A DNA stretch of 64,000 nt from Hyphomicrobiales bacterium (GCA_947455025.1 CANGLU010000001.1:29106-93105), one strand, 5' to 3'; numbered from the stretch's first letter, positions 1 to 10,413 are shown. Translations and numbers: made by a program. The notes: generated by a model from the sequence alone, not told the origin.

Positions 1-458
1 AGATTCCAGACAGCCGGAAAGCCGCGGAACCAATAGTCATCGGTCTTCATCGTGTTGGAGGCAAAATAGAGCGCTGCCGATAAAACGATGATCGCGCCTT
101 GGGTTGCTAACAGCCAATGCGGGTAAATGCCGCTCATCAACAAGATAACCGCGGGTACAAAGACATAGGTGACGTAATCGACCACCAAATCAAGAACGTC
201 GCCGGAGAGCTGCGGCGCGTAGGTCTTAACCGCCCAAGCACGGGCAAAACTGCCATCGATGCCGTCCACCAAGAGCGCAAGGCCAAGCCAGGCGAAGGCC
301 AGGCCCATTTGATGCTCGATGGCGGCGGTCAGCGATAAAAAGGCGATGGCCGCGCCGGACGCTGTAAATACATGAACGGAAAAAGCCCGATAACGGTATG
401 AACGTGAGCCCATTCGCGAATGGTCGGGATGTTTTTGGGTATGGTCCGGTTCCGCCAT
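1..458 (-). CDS. pcs: phosphatidylcholine synthase, partial (3' end lies left of the window)
   Basis: My minus-strand translation reads ...YRYRAFSVHVFTASGAAIAFLSLTAAIEHQMGLAFAWLGLALLVDGIDGSFARAWAVKTYAPQLSGDVLDLVVDYVTYVFVPAVILL...MKTDDYWFRGFPAVWN. It carries the CDP-alcohol transferase DGxxAR...GDxLDxxxD motif and is colinear with rhizobial Pcs. It is absent from the ORF track because its stop lies outside the window. ATG at 458; alternative ATG at 413. Confidence 0.8.
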   Translation of the reverse strand, partial: MAEPDHTQKHPDHSRMGSRSYRYRAFSVHVFTASGAAIAFLSLTAAIEHQMGLAFAWLGLALLVDGIDGSFARAWAVKTYAPQLSGDVLDLVVDYVTYVFVPAVILLMSGIYPHWLLATQGAIIVLSAALYFASNTMKTDDYWFRGFPAVWN

Positions 459-587
459 CGAAATCTCTCTTTTCATGCGACACGGTGGCACGATCTGCAA
501 AAGAATGTCGCACGAACCCGATTTTCTTGTAAACTCAGTTTAGTACCTGAACGCCACCTTATCAAACCCCTAAAAAGGCGCCCCTCG

Positions 588-1736
588 ATGTTGCAGACCT
601 TTGACATGCTGATCATTGGCACGGGTCCGATCGGTTATGTGGCTGCCATCGGGTTTGCTCAGGCCGGAATGAAGGTAGCGCTCATTGGCCCCGCCGATAG
701 CGTCAAACGGGACGGACGAACGGTTGCCATTTTGGATGGCTCGGTACAGTTGCTCGGTCGGTTAGGATGTTGGGATTCCATCCATCCCTTTTCTGCCCCA
801 CTTTCCCATATGAGGATTATTGACGACACGGGAAGCCTGTTTCGGGCTCCGCCCGTAACCTTTAAAGCCTCCGAGCTCAAACTCGATGCCTTCGGTTATA
901 ATGTTGAATTGCCCGATCTTGTCGCGAGCCTATCGACGATTGCCTCCGGACACGCCTTGATCACGCGATTTGATACCCATGTTTCAGAATTAAGCTCTGC
1001 GGGTGACGGCAGTTTGGCTGCTGTTTTGGCATCGGGGCAAACGCTTCATGCGCCGATAATTCTTGGTGCAGATGGGCGAAAATCGGCCGTCCGCGCGTTT
1101 GCGGGTATAGAGGTCAAGGAGTGGTCCTATCCGCAGACGGCTTTAACGGCGGTCTTTAAGCATCAACGCGATCATCATGATATTTCGACGGAATTCCACA
1201 CCCGTCAGGGTCCCTTCACCCTTGTTCCCTTGCCCGGCAGGCGTTCGAGCCTTGTATGGATGATGGATCCCCAAAAGGCCGAACGGCTGGCCAATGTGAG
1301 CGATAAGACGCTCACGCAAGAAGTTGAAAAACAAGCCCAATTCATTTTGGGGACGATGAATATTGACGGCGATCGGGGCTTGGTGCCGATGGCTGGGCTC
1401 ACGGTCAATCGCTATGCGAGTGAAAACATCGCGTTACTCGGAGAAGCAGCCCATGTGTTTCCGCCCATTGGTGCGCAGGGATTGAATCTTGGTTTCCGCG
1501 ATGTTTCGGCGCTCTTAGAGGCATTTAGCAGCAAATGCGGCCCTGAAGCGCTCGCAAAATATAATGCCGCGCGGCAGGCGGATGTTAAGCTGCGAACCGC
1601 GGCCGTCGATGTGATGAATAAATCGCTTCTAGCCGATTATTTACCCATCGATCTTGCCCGTAGCATCGGTCTTTTGACCATTGCGTCTATCCCTCCGCTT
1701 CGTCGGTTTATGATGCAACGGGGCGCTGGTTATTGA
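588..1736 (+). CDS. UbiH/UbiF/VisC/COQ6-family FAD-dependent monooxygenase
   Basis: ORF 420..1736 trimmed to the ATG at 588. That start gives MLQTFDMLIIGTGPIGYVAAIGFAQAGMKVALIGP, a GxGxxG FAD fold at the N-terminus. The ...LLGEAAHVFPPIGAQGLNLGFRD motif is typical of this family. Confidence 0.85.
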   Translation: MLQTFDMLIIGTGPIGYVAAIGFAQAGMKVALIGPADSVKRDGRTVAILDGSVQLLGRLGCWDSIHPFSAPLSHMRIIDDTGSLFRAPPVTFKASELKLDAFGYNVELPDLVASLSTIASGHALITRFDTHVSELSSAGDGSLAAVLASGQTLHAPIILGADGRKSAVRAFAGIEVKEWSYPQTALTAVFKHQRDHHDISTEFHTRQGPFTLVPLPGRRSSLVWMMDPQKAERLANVSDKTLTQEVEKQAQFILGTMNIDGDRGLVPMAGLTVNRYASENIALLGEAAHVFPPIGAQGLNLGFRDVSALLEAFSSKCGPEALAKYNAARQADVKLRTAAVDVMNKSLLADYLPIDLARSIGLLTIASIPPLRRFMMQRGAGY

Positions 1737-1820
1737 GCGTGTGGATCCCAATACGGGATTTGCGCGCCGCCATTCGGGTAATGATTGACAGATTGAGCAA
1801 GGGGGCATTATCCCTTCAGC

Positions 1821-2150
1821 ATGGAAACGCGTCAGGCTAAATACGCTATTGGGGATGTCGTCAAACATCGGATTTATCCGTTCCGCGGCGTTGTGTTTGA
1901 CGTTGATCCAACGTTTTCAAATACCGAGGAATGGTACAATTCCATTCCGGAAGACGTACGTCCGAAGCGGGATCAGCCGTTTTATCATCTTTTCGCGGAA
2001 AACGCGGAATCGGAATATATCGCTTATGTTTCGGAACAGAATTTGGTTCCCGACACGTCAAATGAGCCCGTTCGCCACCCTCAAATCGACGAAATGTTCG
2101 AAATGGGTGATGATGGCCGCTATCATACGCGTAGCGTAAATTTCAATTAA
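1821..2150 (+). CDS. hspQ: heat shock protein HspQ / hemimethylated-DNA-binding YccV family
   Basis: The 109-aa ORF has the pattern YAIGDVVKHRIYPFRGVVFDVDP...PFYHLFAENA, matching the HspQ fold (GxxVxH...GVVxDxDP...WYH-like). Confidence 0.8.
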   Translation: METRQAKYAIGDVVKHRIYPFRGVVFDVDPTFSNTEEWYNSIPEDVRPKRDQPFYHLFAENAESEYIAYVSEQNLVPDTSNEPVRHPQIDEMFEMGDDGRYHTRSVNFN

Positions 2151-2161
2151 ACCAAGGCAAT

Positions 2162-2198
2162 AAAAAAGCGGGCCGGATAATGTCCATGCCCGCTTTTA
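2162..2198. terminator. bidirectional intrinsic terminator between convergent hspQ and the IalB-family gene
   Basis: The sequence is AAAAAAGCGGGC-cggataatgtccat-GCCCGCTTTT. The 7-bp GC stem (2167-2173 with 2188-2194) is flanked by an A-run and a T-run. Confidence 0.7.
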
Positions 2199-2216
2199 AG
2201 ATTCAATAGAGGCGTA

Positions 2217-2963
2217 TTATTGCGCCGGGACAGCCGGCTGAGCGGGTGCCGAACCCGCGGGCGCCTGGCCTTGTGCGTCCATCTTCTTCCGCATTTCCTC
2301 GGCCTGCTTTTGCATCTGCTCTTGAAGCTTTTGCTGTTGTGCCTGAAGGACCGCTGGATCAATCGGCGGACCATCGAACACCTTGCCGAAGGTTGCCAAT
2401 GGTACCTGGAACACCACTTCCTTTGCGAACTGGTTTTGAACGCTGATCGAAAGGGCGGTGCCCTTTTTCAACGCCGCAATGATGTCGTCTTTCACAGGAA
2501 CTTCGGCGAAACATCCATTGGGGAAGCAAACGGCATATTTGCCGGGTTGCGGCGCACCTTGATCAACGGAAAAACGCACGCCGGGCGCTAAAATGAAGCC
2601 AAGCGGGAGCAGAAAACGAACCACTTTCTGGGGCTCGCCCTGAATGTCATAAACGGCAACCGCCAAAACAGGCTGGTTCTGGTCGGAGACGAAGTCCCGT
2701 GTCGTATAGCAAATCTTTTTCTTCGCGGCCTGATCCTCGCCGCAAATCTTGATCCAGTCCGCCTGTGTCGGTTCTGGCTGGACCTGAACAATGGCTGCGG
2801 GGGCATTAGCCGGCGCCGGTGCGGGAGCTGCAGCAGGCGCAGGAGCTGGCGCTGGAGCAGGCTTTTTGGCTGCTTGGGCGTAAGCCGAGCAGTTAAGGAC
2901 AACCGGGGCTAGTATCAACGCGGCTAACAGGCCAACAACTCGTAAAGGCATTCGCGCAATCAT
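2217..2963 (-). CDS. invasion-associated locus B (IalB) family protein, secreted
   Basis: ORF 2217..3005 trimmed to the ATG at 2963, which is preceded by AAGGA. It has a signal peptide (MIARMPLRVVGLLAALILAPVVLNCSAYAQA), an (AP)n linker, an IalB-like core (WIKICGEDQAAKKKICYTTRDF...CFPNGCFAEV) and a Q/K-rich tail. Confidence 0.8.
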   Translation of the reverse strand: MIARMPLRVVGLLAALILAPVVLNCSAYAQAAKKPAPAPAPAPAAAPAPAPANAPAAIVQVQPEPTQADWIKICGEDQAAKKKICYTTRDFVSDQNQPVLAVAVYDIQGEPQKVVRFLLPLGFILAPGVRFSVDQGAPQPGKYAVCFPNGCFAEVPVKDDIIAALKKGTALSISVQNQFAKEVVFQVPLATFGKVFDGPPIDPAVLQAQQQKLQEQMQKQAEEMRKKMDAQGQAPAGSAPAQPAVPAQ

Positions 2964-3169
2964 TCTTATAATCCTTTGGACCCGATCGAATCCGATTTCT
3001 GACATTCAATATGCTTTTCCAAGAATCGACGACCTTGAAACATACGCGCGTCATACTCTTTTACGGCTATCGTGGCCATCGAAAATCCGATTTGCTTTGA
3101 AAATAACGCTAATTACCTCGAATCATATATCAAAGCTCTATCCGATAAGGGCGTGGGTCTGGACCTTTA

Positions 3170-4960
3170 ATGCGCAAAATAATGTTAGGTATGGCGGCAT
3201 GTTTTGTCTTTGGTGCACAGGTTGCGCTGGCAGAACCTAAGACCGCCATCGCGCTTTACGGCGTACCGGTTTTGACGGCTGGCTTCGATCATTTTCCATA
3301 TGCGAATATCGAAGCTCCCAAAAAAGGAACGATTACCTTCGGAGTGATGGGAACTTTTGATACGTTAAACCCCTATTCGGTTCGAGGAATTGCAGCCCAA
3401 GGCATTGCTCCCCCGATCGGCCTTGTTATTCAGAGCCTCATGGTGCGTTCGGCCGATGAGCCTTTTTCGCTTTACGCGTCCGTTGCACAATCCGTCGACA
3501 TTTCTAATGATCTCAGCAGGGTTACTTTTTACATCGACCCGCGTGTCCATTTTTCCGACGGCCATCCGCTTACCTCGGCGGATGTCATATTTTCTTGGTC
3601 TCTTTTGAAAGAAAAGGGCAAGCCAAATTTAAGAGGCTATTACAATAAGGTCATCGCCGCCGATGCGCCTGATCCAAAGACGGTTATTTTTAACCTTGGC
3701 GACAGTCACGACCGTGAATTACCGATGATCTTGGCGCTCATGCCCGTCTTGGCTCAACATGCGACGGATGCCGATCATTTCGATGAAACAACATTAAAGG
3801 TACCGATCGGATCAGGCCCCTACCGTGTATCGGATGTAAAAGCGGGTGAGAGCATTAGCTATCAGCGTGATCCGAATTTTTGGGGACGAGATCTACCTGT
3901 CAATAAGGGAATGTATAATGCCCATGTTTACCGATACGATTATTATCGGGATGCAAACACGCTCTTCGAAGCCTTTAAAGCAGGCCTATACGATGTGCGC
4001 AGCGAAGATAATCCAACCCGTTGGGTGACAGGCTATGACTTTCCAAGAATGTTGGATGGGCGTGCTGCTAAAGATCCGATTCCGGTTCGTACTCCCAAAG
4101 GGATGGCAGGGTTGGTGTTTAATACGCGACACGCTGTCTTTTCCGATATTAGAACGCGCGAAGCGTTAAGTTATTTGTTTGATTTTGAATGGATCAACAC
4201 GGTCCTATTTGAAGGCGTTTATAAACGGACCGGAAGTTATTTTGAAGGATCAGACCTTTCCTCAAACGGTAAACCGGCCTCGGCGGGTGAAAGAGCGATT
4301 TTGGCGCCCTACCCCGATGCGGTTCGTCTCGACATATTAGAAGGCCAATGGCATCCACCCGTCTCCGATGGATCTGGTCGGGATCGTGCAAACGCCCGCA
4401 AGGCCTTTGAACTTTTGCAAGCAGCCGGTTGGTCTCTGCACAAAGGGGTGATGACAAATGCCAAAGGTGAGCCCCTTGCATTTGAGATCGTCGTTGTCAG
4501 TCGTGTTCAAGAACGTCTCGCATTAAATTTCTCAGAATCGCTGCAACGACTCGGCATTAAAATGACGGTTCGTTTGGTCGACGACGTTCAATATTGGCAA
4601 CGGGTTGCCGCGTTCGATTTTGATATGATCCAGTTTACGTGGGGCGCCTCGCCATCCCCGGGAAATGAACAATATAACCGTTGGGGATCGCGCTCCAAGG
4701 ATCGCCAAGGTTCGCTAAATTATGCAGGCGCTTCTAGCCCCGCAATTGATACGGCGATCGATTCAATGCTCGGTGCCCCTTCGCGGGACGCATGGCTGGA
4801 TGCCGTCCATGCGCTCGACAGGATCCTGATTTCCGGATTTTATGTGGTTCCACTGTTCCACGCGCCAGAACAATGGATCGTGCGTAATTCATCCGTTAAA
4901 AGGCCGGACTATACCCCGCTCTTTGGCTTTACCCCTGAAACCCTCTGGCGCGAGGATTAA
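3170..4960 (+). CDS. ABC transporter substrate-binding protein, family 5 (YejA/peptide-microcin type)
   Basis: The 596-aa ORF has a signal peptide (MRKIMLGMAACFVFGAQVALA). Length and motifs fit extracellular solute-binding family 5. Confidence 0.8.
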   Translation: MRKIMLGMAACFVFGAQVALAEPKTAIALYGVPVLTAGFDHFPYANIEAPKKGTITFGVMGTFDTLNPYSVRGIAAQGIAPPIGLVIQSLMVRSADEPFSLYASVAQSVDISNDLSRVTFYIDPRVHFSDGHPLTSADVIFSWSLLKEKGKPNLRGYYNKVIAADAPDPKTVIFNLGDSHDRELPMILALMPVLAQHATDADHFDETTLKVPIGSGPYRVSDVKAGESISYQRDPNFWGRDLPVNKGMYNAHVYRYDYYRDANTLFEAFKAGLYDVRSEDNPTRWVTGYDFPRMLDGRAAKDPIPVRTPKGMAGLVFNTRHAVFSDIRTREALSYLFDFEWINTVLFEGVYKRTGSYFEGSDLSSNGKPASAGERAILAPYPDAVRLDILEGQWHPPVSDGSGRDRANARKAFELLQAAGWSLHKGVMTNAKGEPLAFEIVVVSRVQERLALNFSESLQRLGIKMTVRLVDDVQYWQRVAAFDFDMIQFTWGASPSPGNEQYNRWGSRSKDRQGSLNYAGASSPAIDTAIDSMLGAPSRDAWLDAVHALDRILISGFYVVPLFHAPEQWIVRNSSVKRPDYTPLFGFTPETLWRED

Positions 4961-4963
4961 ACT

Positions 4964-5602
4964 ATGTCTGAATCATTTGTGATTGATATTGTTTCCGATG
5001 TTGTTTGTCCTTGGTGCTATGTTGGTAAAAAGCACATTGAAAAGGCGCTTGAAGACATGCCGGAAATCGATGCGGTTATTCGTTGGCATCCGTTTCAATT
5101 GGATCCGACCATTCCCGCGGAAGGATATGATCGCAAGGCCTATATGACTAAAAAATTTGGTGAAGGCGGCCAACTTAAAGCGGCGCATGAGCGGCTTGAA
5201 GCGTTGGGTAAATCCAATGGTATTGCGTTTCAATTTGATGCCATTAGCCGCTCGCCCAATACGCTCAATGCGCATCGTTTGATCCGTTGGGCCAATGAGG
5301 CCGGTGTTCAGGATGCGGTTGTATCGAGCCTCTTCCAATCCTATTTCGAAGAGGGCTTGGATATTGGGGACATTTCAGTATTGGCATTCATAGCTGGAAA
5401 ATCCGGGATGGATTCCGATTTGGTTGCCGCCCGTCTCGAGACAGATATGGATATAGATTCGGTTCGAACGGAAATCGCCGAAGCCGGGCGCATTGGCGTG
5501 TCAGGCGTTCCCTTTTTTATCTTGGCGCAAAAGCTTGCCATTTCGGGAGCCCAACCAAGTGAAGTGTTAATAGACGCTATTCGTCAAGCTTTGGTTGCGT
5601 AA
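4964..5602 (+). CDS. DsbA-family (FrnE-like) thiol oxidoreductase
   Basis: The 212-aa ORF has a CPWC active site in DVVCPWCYVGKKHIEKAL. It starts 3 nt after the preceding gene. Confidence 0.85.
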   Translation: MSESFVIDIVSDVVCPWCYVGKKHIEKALEDMPEIDAVIRWHPFQLDPTIPAEGYDRKAYMTKKFGEGGQLKAAHERLEALGKSNGIAFQFDAISRSPNTLNAHRLIRWANEAGVQDAVVSSLFQSYFEEGLDIGDISVLAFIAGKSGMDSDLVAARLETDMDIDSVRTEIAEAGRIGVSGVPFFILAQKLAISGAQPSEVLIDAIRQALVA

Positions 5603-5605
5603 CGG

Positions 5606-6532
5606 ATGGTTCGTTTTGATCAGCGGATACGAGCGGCGTTTTTTTTGTGCTTTGCGATGGTACTTGCCGTTTCATGCGATACGATCTCCAAATTCTTGAG
5701 TGCACGCTATCCTATTCATGAAATTGGGTTGGTTCGATATTCCGTCACCATACCCATTGGAATAGCGATGGCTTGGTCTGCCCTGCGTTCGACCAAAACC
5801 GGTTTGATGAACTGGCGGCCGCTCTTTCTTCGGGGCTTTTTAATCGCCACTGGCAATTTGCTGTTTATGTTGGCTGCAGCCACGATATCGCTCGCCGATG
5901 GCGTAGCAATTTATTTTACAATGCCGTTTTTTGTGGCCGGTATCGTTCCATTTATTCTTGGTGAAAAAGTACCGTTATTGCGATGGGTTGTGATCGCTAT
6001 TGGCTTTGGTGGCGTGTTGGTGATGACGCGTCCTGGATCAACTGTCTTTCAGCCCGAAGCGCTCTTGGCGTTAGGCTGTGCCTTTTTATATGGGTTGGGT
6101 CAGGTCCTTACTCGGAAGATAGATCACTCGCTTCCAACTTCGATCACATCGTTATGGCAAAGCGGCGTTTTCACGCTGTTTTATGCGAGCTTTGCTGTTC
6201 TGTTTTATGCGCTCGATTTGGGCGAAGCCGGTAATAAAAGCCTCGCTTTTTTAACACGTTCCTGGACCTTTCCGGCAACGTTGGATTTAGCCATGATGAT
6301 TGCAGCGGGCGTACTCTCCTCGCTTCAATTACCGCTAGTGGTCTACGCCTATAAGCATGCTGAAGCCTCCTTTATTGCGCCGTTTGAATATACGGCGATG
6401 ATTTGGGCCGTGATGTGGGGGGTAATTGTTTTCGGCGACGTTCCGGATCAAATGACGGTATTGGGTGCTGCAATCGTTATCATCGCAGGCATCTTCATGG
6501 TGCGGTTTGACCGTTCGACACCCCTGCCCTGA
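5606..6532 (+). CDS. DMT-superfamily (EamA-like) transporter
   Basis: The 308-aa ORF is highly hydrophobic, with about 10 predicted helices in an EamA-type duplicated pattern. Confidence 0.75.
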   Translation: MVRFDQRIRAAFFLCFAMVLAVSCDTISKFLSARYPIHEIGLVRYSVTIPIGIAMAWSALRSTKTGLMNWRPLFLRGFLIATGNLLFMLAAATISLADGVAIYFTMPFFVAGIVPFILGEKVPLLRWVVIAIGFGGVLVMTRPGSTVFQPEALLALGCAFLYGLGQVLTRKIDHSLPTSITSLWQSGVFTLFYASFAVLFYALDLGEAGNKSLAFLTRSWTFPATLDLAMMIAAGVLSSLQLPLVVYAYKHAEASFIAPFEYTAMIWAVMWGVIVFGDVPDQMTVLGAAIVIIAGIFMVRFDRSTPLP

Positions 6533-6535
6533 TGT

Positions 6536-9500
6536 TCAGGATTTTTTCTTATCTTCGGCAATCCGGACAAGATCACGCAGCAAGGCTTGTGACGCCTTGA
6601 GCCTTGCATTGGGCGTGTCGAATTCGTCAATAAAAACGATCCGCATATCGGGTCTGACTTTGGCGAGAGAACCATATTGGCCAATATAGCGGATAAGCCC
6701 ATCGGGGTTAGCGAATGAATTATCGCGGAAGCTGATGATGATACCGCGTGGGCCGGCATCAATCTTTTCGACATTAGCGCGCAGGCACAATGCCTTAATG
6801 CCGACGATGGAAAGCAATTGCCTCACTTCGTCTGGTAACGGACCGAAGCGGTCGATTAACTCGGCGCCAAACGCATCAATATCGCCATCGGTTTCGAGGC
6901 CAGACAGGCGTTTATACAATTGCATCCGAAGGGTAAGATCCGGCACATAAGGTTCCGGAATCATCACGGGTGTGCCGATGGTAATCGATGGCGACCAATG
7001 ACCTTCAATGGCGTCATCATCTTCAATACCGGCTTTAAGCTGCGCGACAGCCTCTTCCAACATTTGCTGATAAAGCTCGTAGCCGACTTCCTTGATATGG
7101 CCCGATTGTTCATCGCCAAGAAGATTGCCCGCACCGCGCAAATCCAAATCATGTGAGGCAAGCTCGAAACCGGCACCTAAGCGATCGAGCGATTGCAAGA
7201 CTTTGAGACGCTTCTCGGCTTGGACGGTGAGTGTGCGATTGGCAGGAACCGTGAAAAGCGCGTAAGCACGCGTCTTGCCTCGTCCGACGCGACCCCGCAA
7301 TTGATAAAGCGCCGCCAAACCAAACATATCGGCGCGATGGATAATCAGCGTATTGGCGCTTGGAATATCAAGGCCTGATTCAACGATCGCGGTTGAGAGT
7401 AGAATATCATATTGACCCTCATAGAAGGCCGTCATGACACTTTCGAGCTCTTGTGCAGGCATTTGCCCATGGGCTACGCCCACCTTTGCTTCAGGCACTT
7501 CTGAGGCCAAGAAGGTTTGAACCTCCGCGATGTCTTCAATGCGCGGACAGACATAAAAGCTCTGCCCGCCGCGATACCGTTCCCGCAGCAAAGCTTCGCG
7601 GATCATCAATGGATCAAACGGCATCACAAAGGTACGAACGGCCAAGCGATCAACCGGTGGCGTCGCCATAATGGATAGATCACGAACGCCGGTCATCGCC
7701 AATTGTAGGGTACGTGGAATAGGCGTTGCGGTGAGCGTTAACACATGCACTTCGGCGCGAAGTTCTTTGAGGCGTTCTTTATGTCCGACACCGAAATGCT
7801 GCTCTTCATCGACGATAAGAAGGCCGAGATCTTTAAAGGCGATTGCCTTTCCTAAAAGCGCGTGGGTGCCAATGACAATATCAACCGTGCCATCGGTTAA
7901 TCCCGCCTTTGTCTCTTTCGCATCCGTCGTTGATACAAAGCGCGACAATTGCCTTACAACAACGGGAAGCCCTGCAAACCGTGTCGCGAAGGTTTTATAA
8001 TGCTGTCTTGCCAACAAGGTCGTCGGCACGACGACGGCAACTTGTTTCCCCGCCAAAGCGGCGACAAAAGCCGCGCGCAAAGCAACTTCAGTTTTACCAA
8101 ATCCGACATCGCCACAGAGCAAACGATCCATCGGACGGCCGGAAGCCAAATCACCTAAAACGGATTCGATGGAAGTCAGCTGATCTTCAGTTTCATCATA
8201 GGGAAACTTCGCCGAAAATTCCTCATAAAGACCATGCGCGACCGTAAGCTTAGGCGCCTCTTTTAGCAGTCGAGCTGCGGCAATTTTAATCAGCGCATGC
8301 GCCATTTCGCGGATGCGTTGTTTGAGTTTCGCCTTCCGCGCCTGCCAAGCGCCGCCGCCCAATCGGTCAAGTGCAATCTCGGTATCTTCAGACCCGTAGC
8401 GGGATAAGAGATCGAGATTTTCGACGGGCAAAAAGAGCCGATCACCGCCGGCATAATGCAGCTCAACGCAATCATGCGGCGCGCCTGCGGCATCAATCGT
8501 TTTGAGCCCTACGAAACGCCCGATACCGTGATCGACGTGGACGACTAGATCGCCGGGCGTCAAACTTCCCGCCTCGGCAATGACGTCCTGCGCTCGCTTA
8601 GAGCGACGGGCCTTACGCACCAACCGATCACCCAGAATATCCTGTTCGCCAACGACAACGAGCGTATCTGTTTCAAAGCCGCGCTCGATGCCCCAAACGG
8701 CAAGACCCACCTCTCCTGCCTTGAGCGATAATGCCTGCGTGTAGGTTGCAACTGGTGTCAGGCCCGAAAGGCCGTGATCGGATAAAACATGACCCAAACG
8801 TTCGCGCGCACCTTCGGACCAAGCAGCCACCAAGATGCGGCGTTGCGACTGACGCACGTCGCCAATATGGACTACGACGGCGTCAAAGACGTTTTTGCCG
8901 TCATCATTTTTGTCAGCGCCTTCTGCCGCAGCACGTTCTGCTGCGAATATCCTTCCCTGCCGTGCCCCCGCATCGACGACCGATAGAGGGCTCGATTCTA
9001 TCACGTTGAAAGGCGTTAATCGGATAACGGCACGGGATCGCAACGCCCCCTCAAGATCAGACAATTTGAGATGTAAACGATCGGGGGCAAGCGGTTTATA
9101 AGGTGCGATACCCGGTTGCGGATGAGACATGGCATCACGCCTTGCCTCATAGTGATCGTTGATTTGTTTAATCCGCTCGTTCGCCGCCTCTTCCACCAAT
9201 GGGTCAAGAATAAACGGAACATCCGTTAGATAGTCAAAAACAGTATCAAGGCTTTCATGAAACAAAGGGAGCCAATGCTCTAAGCCGGCTGGTCGTCTTC
9301 CTTCGCTGATGCCTTCATAAAAATGATCGTCGCGACCCGGTGCGCCGAAGGCTGCAACATAGCCTTGACGAAACCGTTTGATCGACTCGGTTGTTAGCTG
9401 AACTTCGCTCATCGGTACGAGATCCAGTGAACGAAGTTGCCCGATGGTACGTTGCGTCTCAGGATCGAAACTGCGGATCGATTCCAAGGTGTCGCCAAAA

Positions 9501-10093
9501 AAATCGAGCCTTACGGGCCCCGTCATACCGGGGGCGTATAAATCAATAATCCCGCCGCGCACGGCATATTCACCCGTTTCGCGAACGGTGGATTGTCGCA
9601 TATATCCGTTGTTTTCGAGCCATAATCCCAGCGCCGTCGTGTCAACACGGTTGCCGGGAGCCGCCGAAAAACTGTCAGAGCCAACACGCGCCCGTGAAGG
9701 TACGCGTTGCATCAGACCATTGGCCGTTACGATCAAGATACGGGGTTGCTCTTCACTCGTTTGCGAACGGGCAAGACGCGCCAGAACGGTCATGCGGCGC
9801 GAGGTTATGGAACCGTTTGGCGAGACGCGATCATAGGGTTGGCAATCCCAATTCGGAAAGCTCAATACCTCGATATCGGGTGCCACAAAACCGAGCGCCA
9901 TTTCCATCGCGGCTTGGCGTTGCCCATCACGGGCGACAAAAACGAGCGCTGCGGCTTTACCCTGTCCCTGTTTGGCTAAACCACGCGCCATATCTGCCGT
10001 GACAATGGCATCAAAGCCATCGGGTACGGAAGACAAGACGATGTGGCGCCTGTCTTTGATTGCAGCATTGAGGGTCTGAAGAAGTTTAGACAT
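6536..10093 (-). CDS. mfd: transcription-repair coupling factor
   Basis: The 1185-aa ORF carries superfamily-2 helicase motifs (GDVGFGKTEVALRAAF, DEEQHFGV). Length and architecture are Mfd-typical. Confidence 0.97.
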   Translation of the reverse strand: MSKLLQTLNAAIKDRRHIVLSSVPDGFDAIVTADMARGLAKQGQGKAAALVFVARDGQRQAAMEMALGFVAPDIEVLSFPNWDCQPYDRVSPNGSITSRRMTVLARLARSQTSEEQPRILIVTANGLMQRVPSRARVGSDSFSAAPGNRVDTTALGLWLENNGYMRQSTVRETGEYAVRGGIIDLYAPGMTGPVRLDFFGDTLESIRSFDPETQRTIGQLRSLDLVPMSEVQLTTESIKRFRQGYVAAFGAPGRDDHFYEGISEGRRPAGLEHWLPLFHESLDTVFDYLTDVPFILDPLVEEAANERIKQINDHYEARRDAMSHPQPGIAPYKPLAPDRLHLKLSDLEGALRSRAVIRLTPFNVIESSPLSVVDAGARQGRIFAAERAAAEGADKNDDGKNVFDAVVVHIGDVRQSQRRILVAAWSEGARERLGHVLSDHGLSGLTPVATYTQALSLKAGEVGLAVWGIERGFETDTLVVVGEQDILGDRLVRKARRSKRAQDVIAEAGSLTPGDLVVHVDHGIGRFVGLKTIDAAGAPHDCVELHYAGGDRLFLPVENLDLLSRYGSEDTEIALDRLGGGAWQARKAKLKQRIREMAHALIKIAAARLLKEAPKLTVAHGLYEEFSAKFPYDETEDQLTSIESVLGDLASGRPMDRLLCGDVGFGKTEVALRAAFVAALAGKQVAVVVPTTLLARQHYKTFATRFAGLPVVVRQLSRFVSTTDAKETKAGLTDGTVDIVIGTHALLGKAIAFKDLGLLIVDEEQHFGVGHKERLKELRAEVHVLTLTATPIPRTLQLAMTGVRDLSIMATPPVDRLAVRTFVMPFDPLMIREALLRERYRGGQSFYVCPRIEDIAEVQTFLASEVPEAKVGVAHGQMPAQELESVMTAFYEGQYDILLSTAIVESGLDIPSANTLIIHRADMFGLAALYQLRGRVGRGKTRAYALFTVPANRTLTVQAEKRLKVLQSLDRLGAGFELASHDLDLRGAGNLLGDEQSGHIKEVGYELYQQMLEEAVAQLKAGIEDDDAIEGHWSPSITIGTPVMIPEPYVPDLTLRMQLYKRLSGLETDGDIDAFGAELIDRFGPLPDEVRQLLSIVGIKALCLRANVEKIDAGPRGIIISFRDNSFANPDGLIRYIGQYGSLAKVRPDMRIVFIDEFDTPNARLKASQALLRDLVRIAEDKKKS

Positions 10094-10116
10094 CGTATGA
10101 TCCGTCTACCCATTCT

Positions 10117-10413
10117 TCAAATATTGATCGGGGATGTGTGATCGTGGTGATCTCGGATCGCCTTCAGCAAGGCGGTATCAAATTCGGTTGGAATGTCTTG
10201 AGCATCCAATATCCAATGCAATAAATCACGGTCGGATTGCTCAATTAGAATTTCAAAAAGGTTTAATTCATCATCACCCATTGCGCTAAGATAGCTGTCA
10301 GCGAATTGCCCCATAATCAAATCCATTTCGCGTAAACCCCGATGCCAGGCGCGAAATAAAATCTTACGTCGTCGAGGATCGAGATCGGCACTGGAAAGGG
10401 TCGTTCCGGTCAT
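10117..10413 (-). CDS. sdhE: succinate dehydrogenase flavinylation factor SdhE (SDHAF2/DUF339)
   Basis: The 98-aa ORF contains RRRKILFRAWHRGLREMDLIMGQF, including the RGxxE motif of the SdhE family. Confidence 0.85.
   Translation of the reverse strand: MTGTTLSSADLDPRRRKILFRAWHRGLREMDLIMGQFADSYLSAMGDDELNLFEILIEQSDRDLLHWILDAQDIPTEFDTALLKAIRDHHDHTSPINI

Noticed and set aside
1785-1811. TTGACA ... CATTAT upstream of hspQ, considered as a promoter.
   Set aside because: The spacing is only 15 nt and the implied transcript would be essentially leaderless. The match to a sigma32-type promoter is poor, so I did not report it as a feature.
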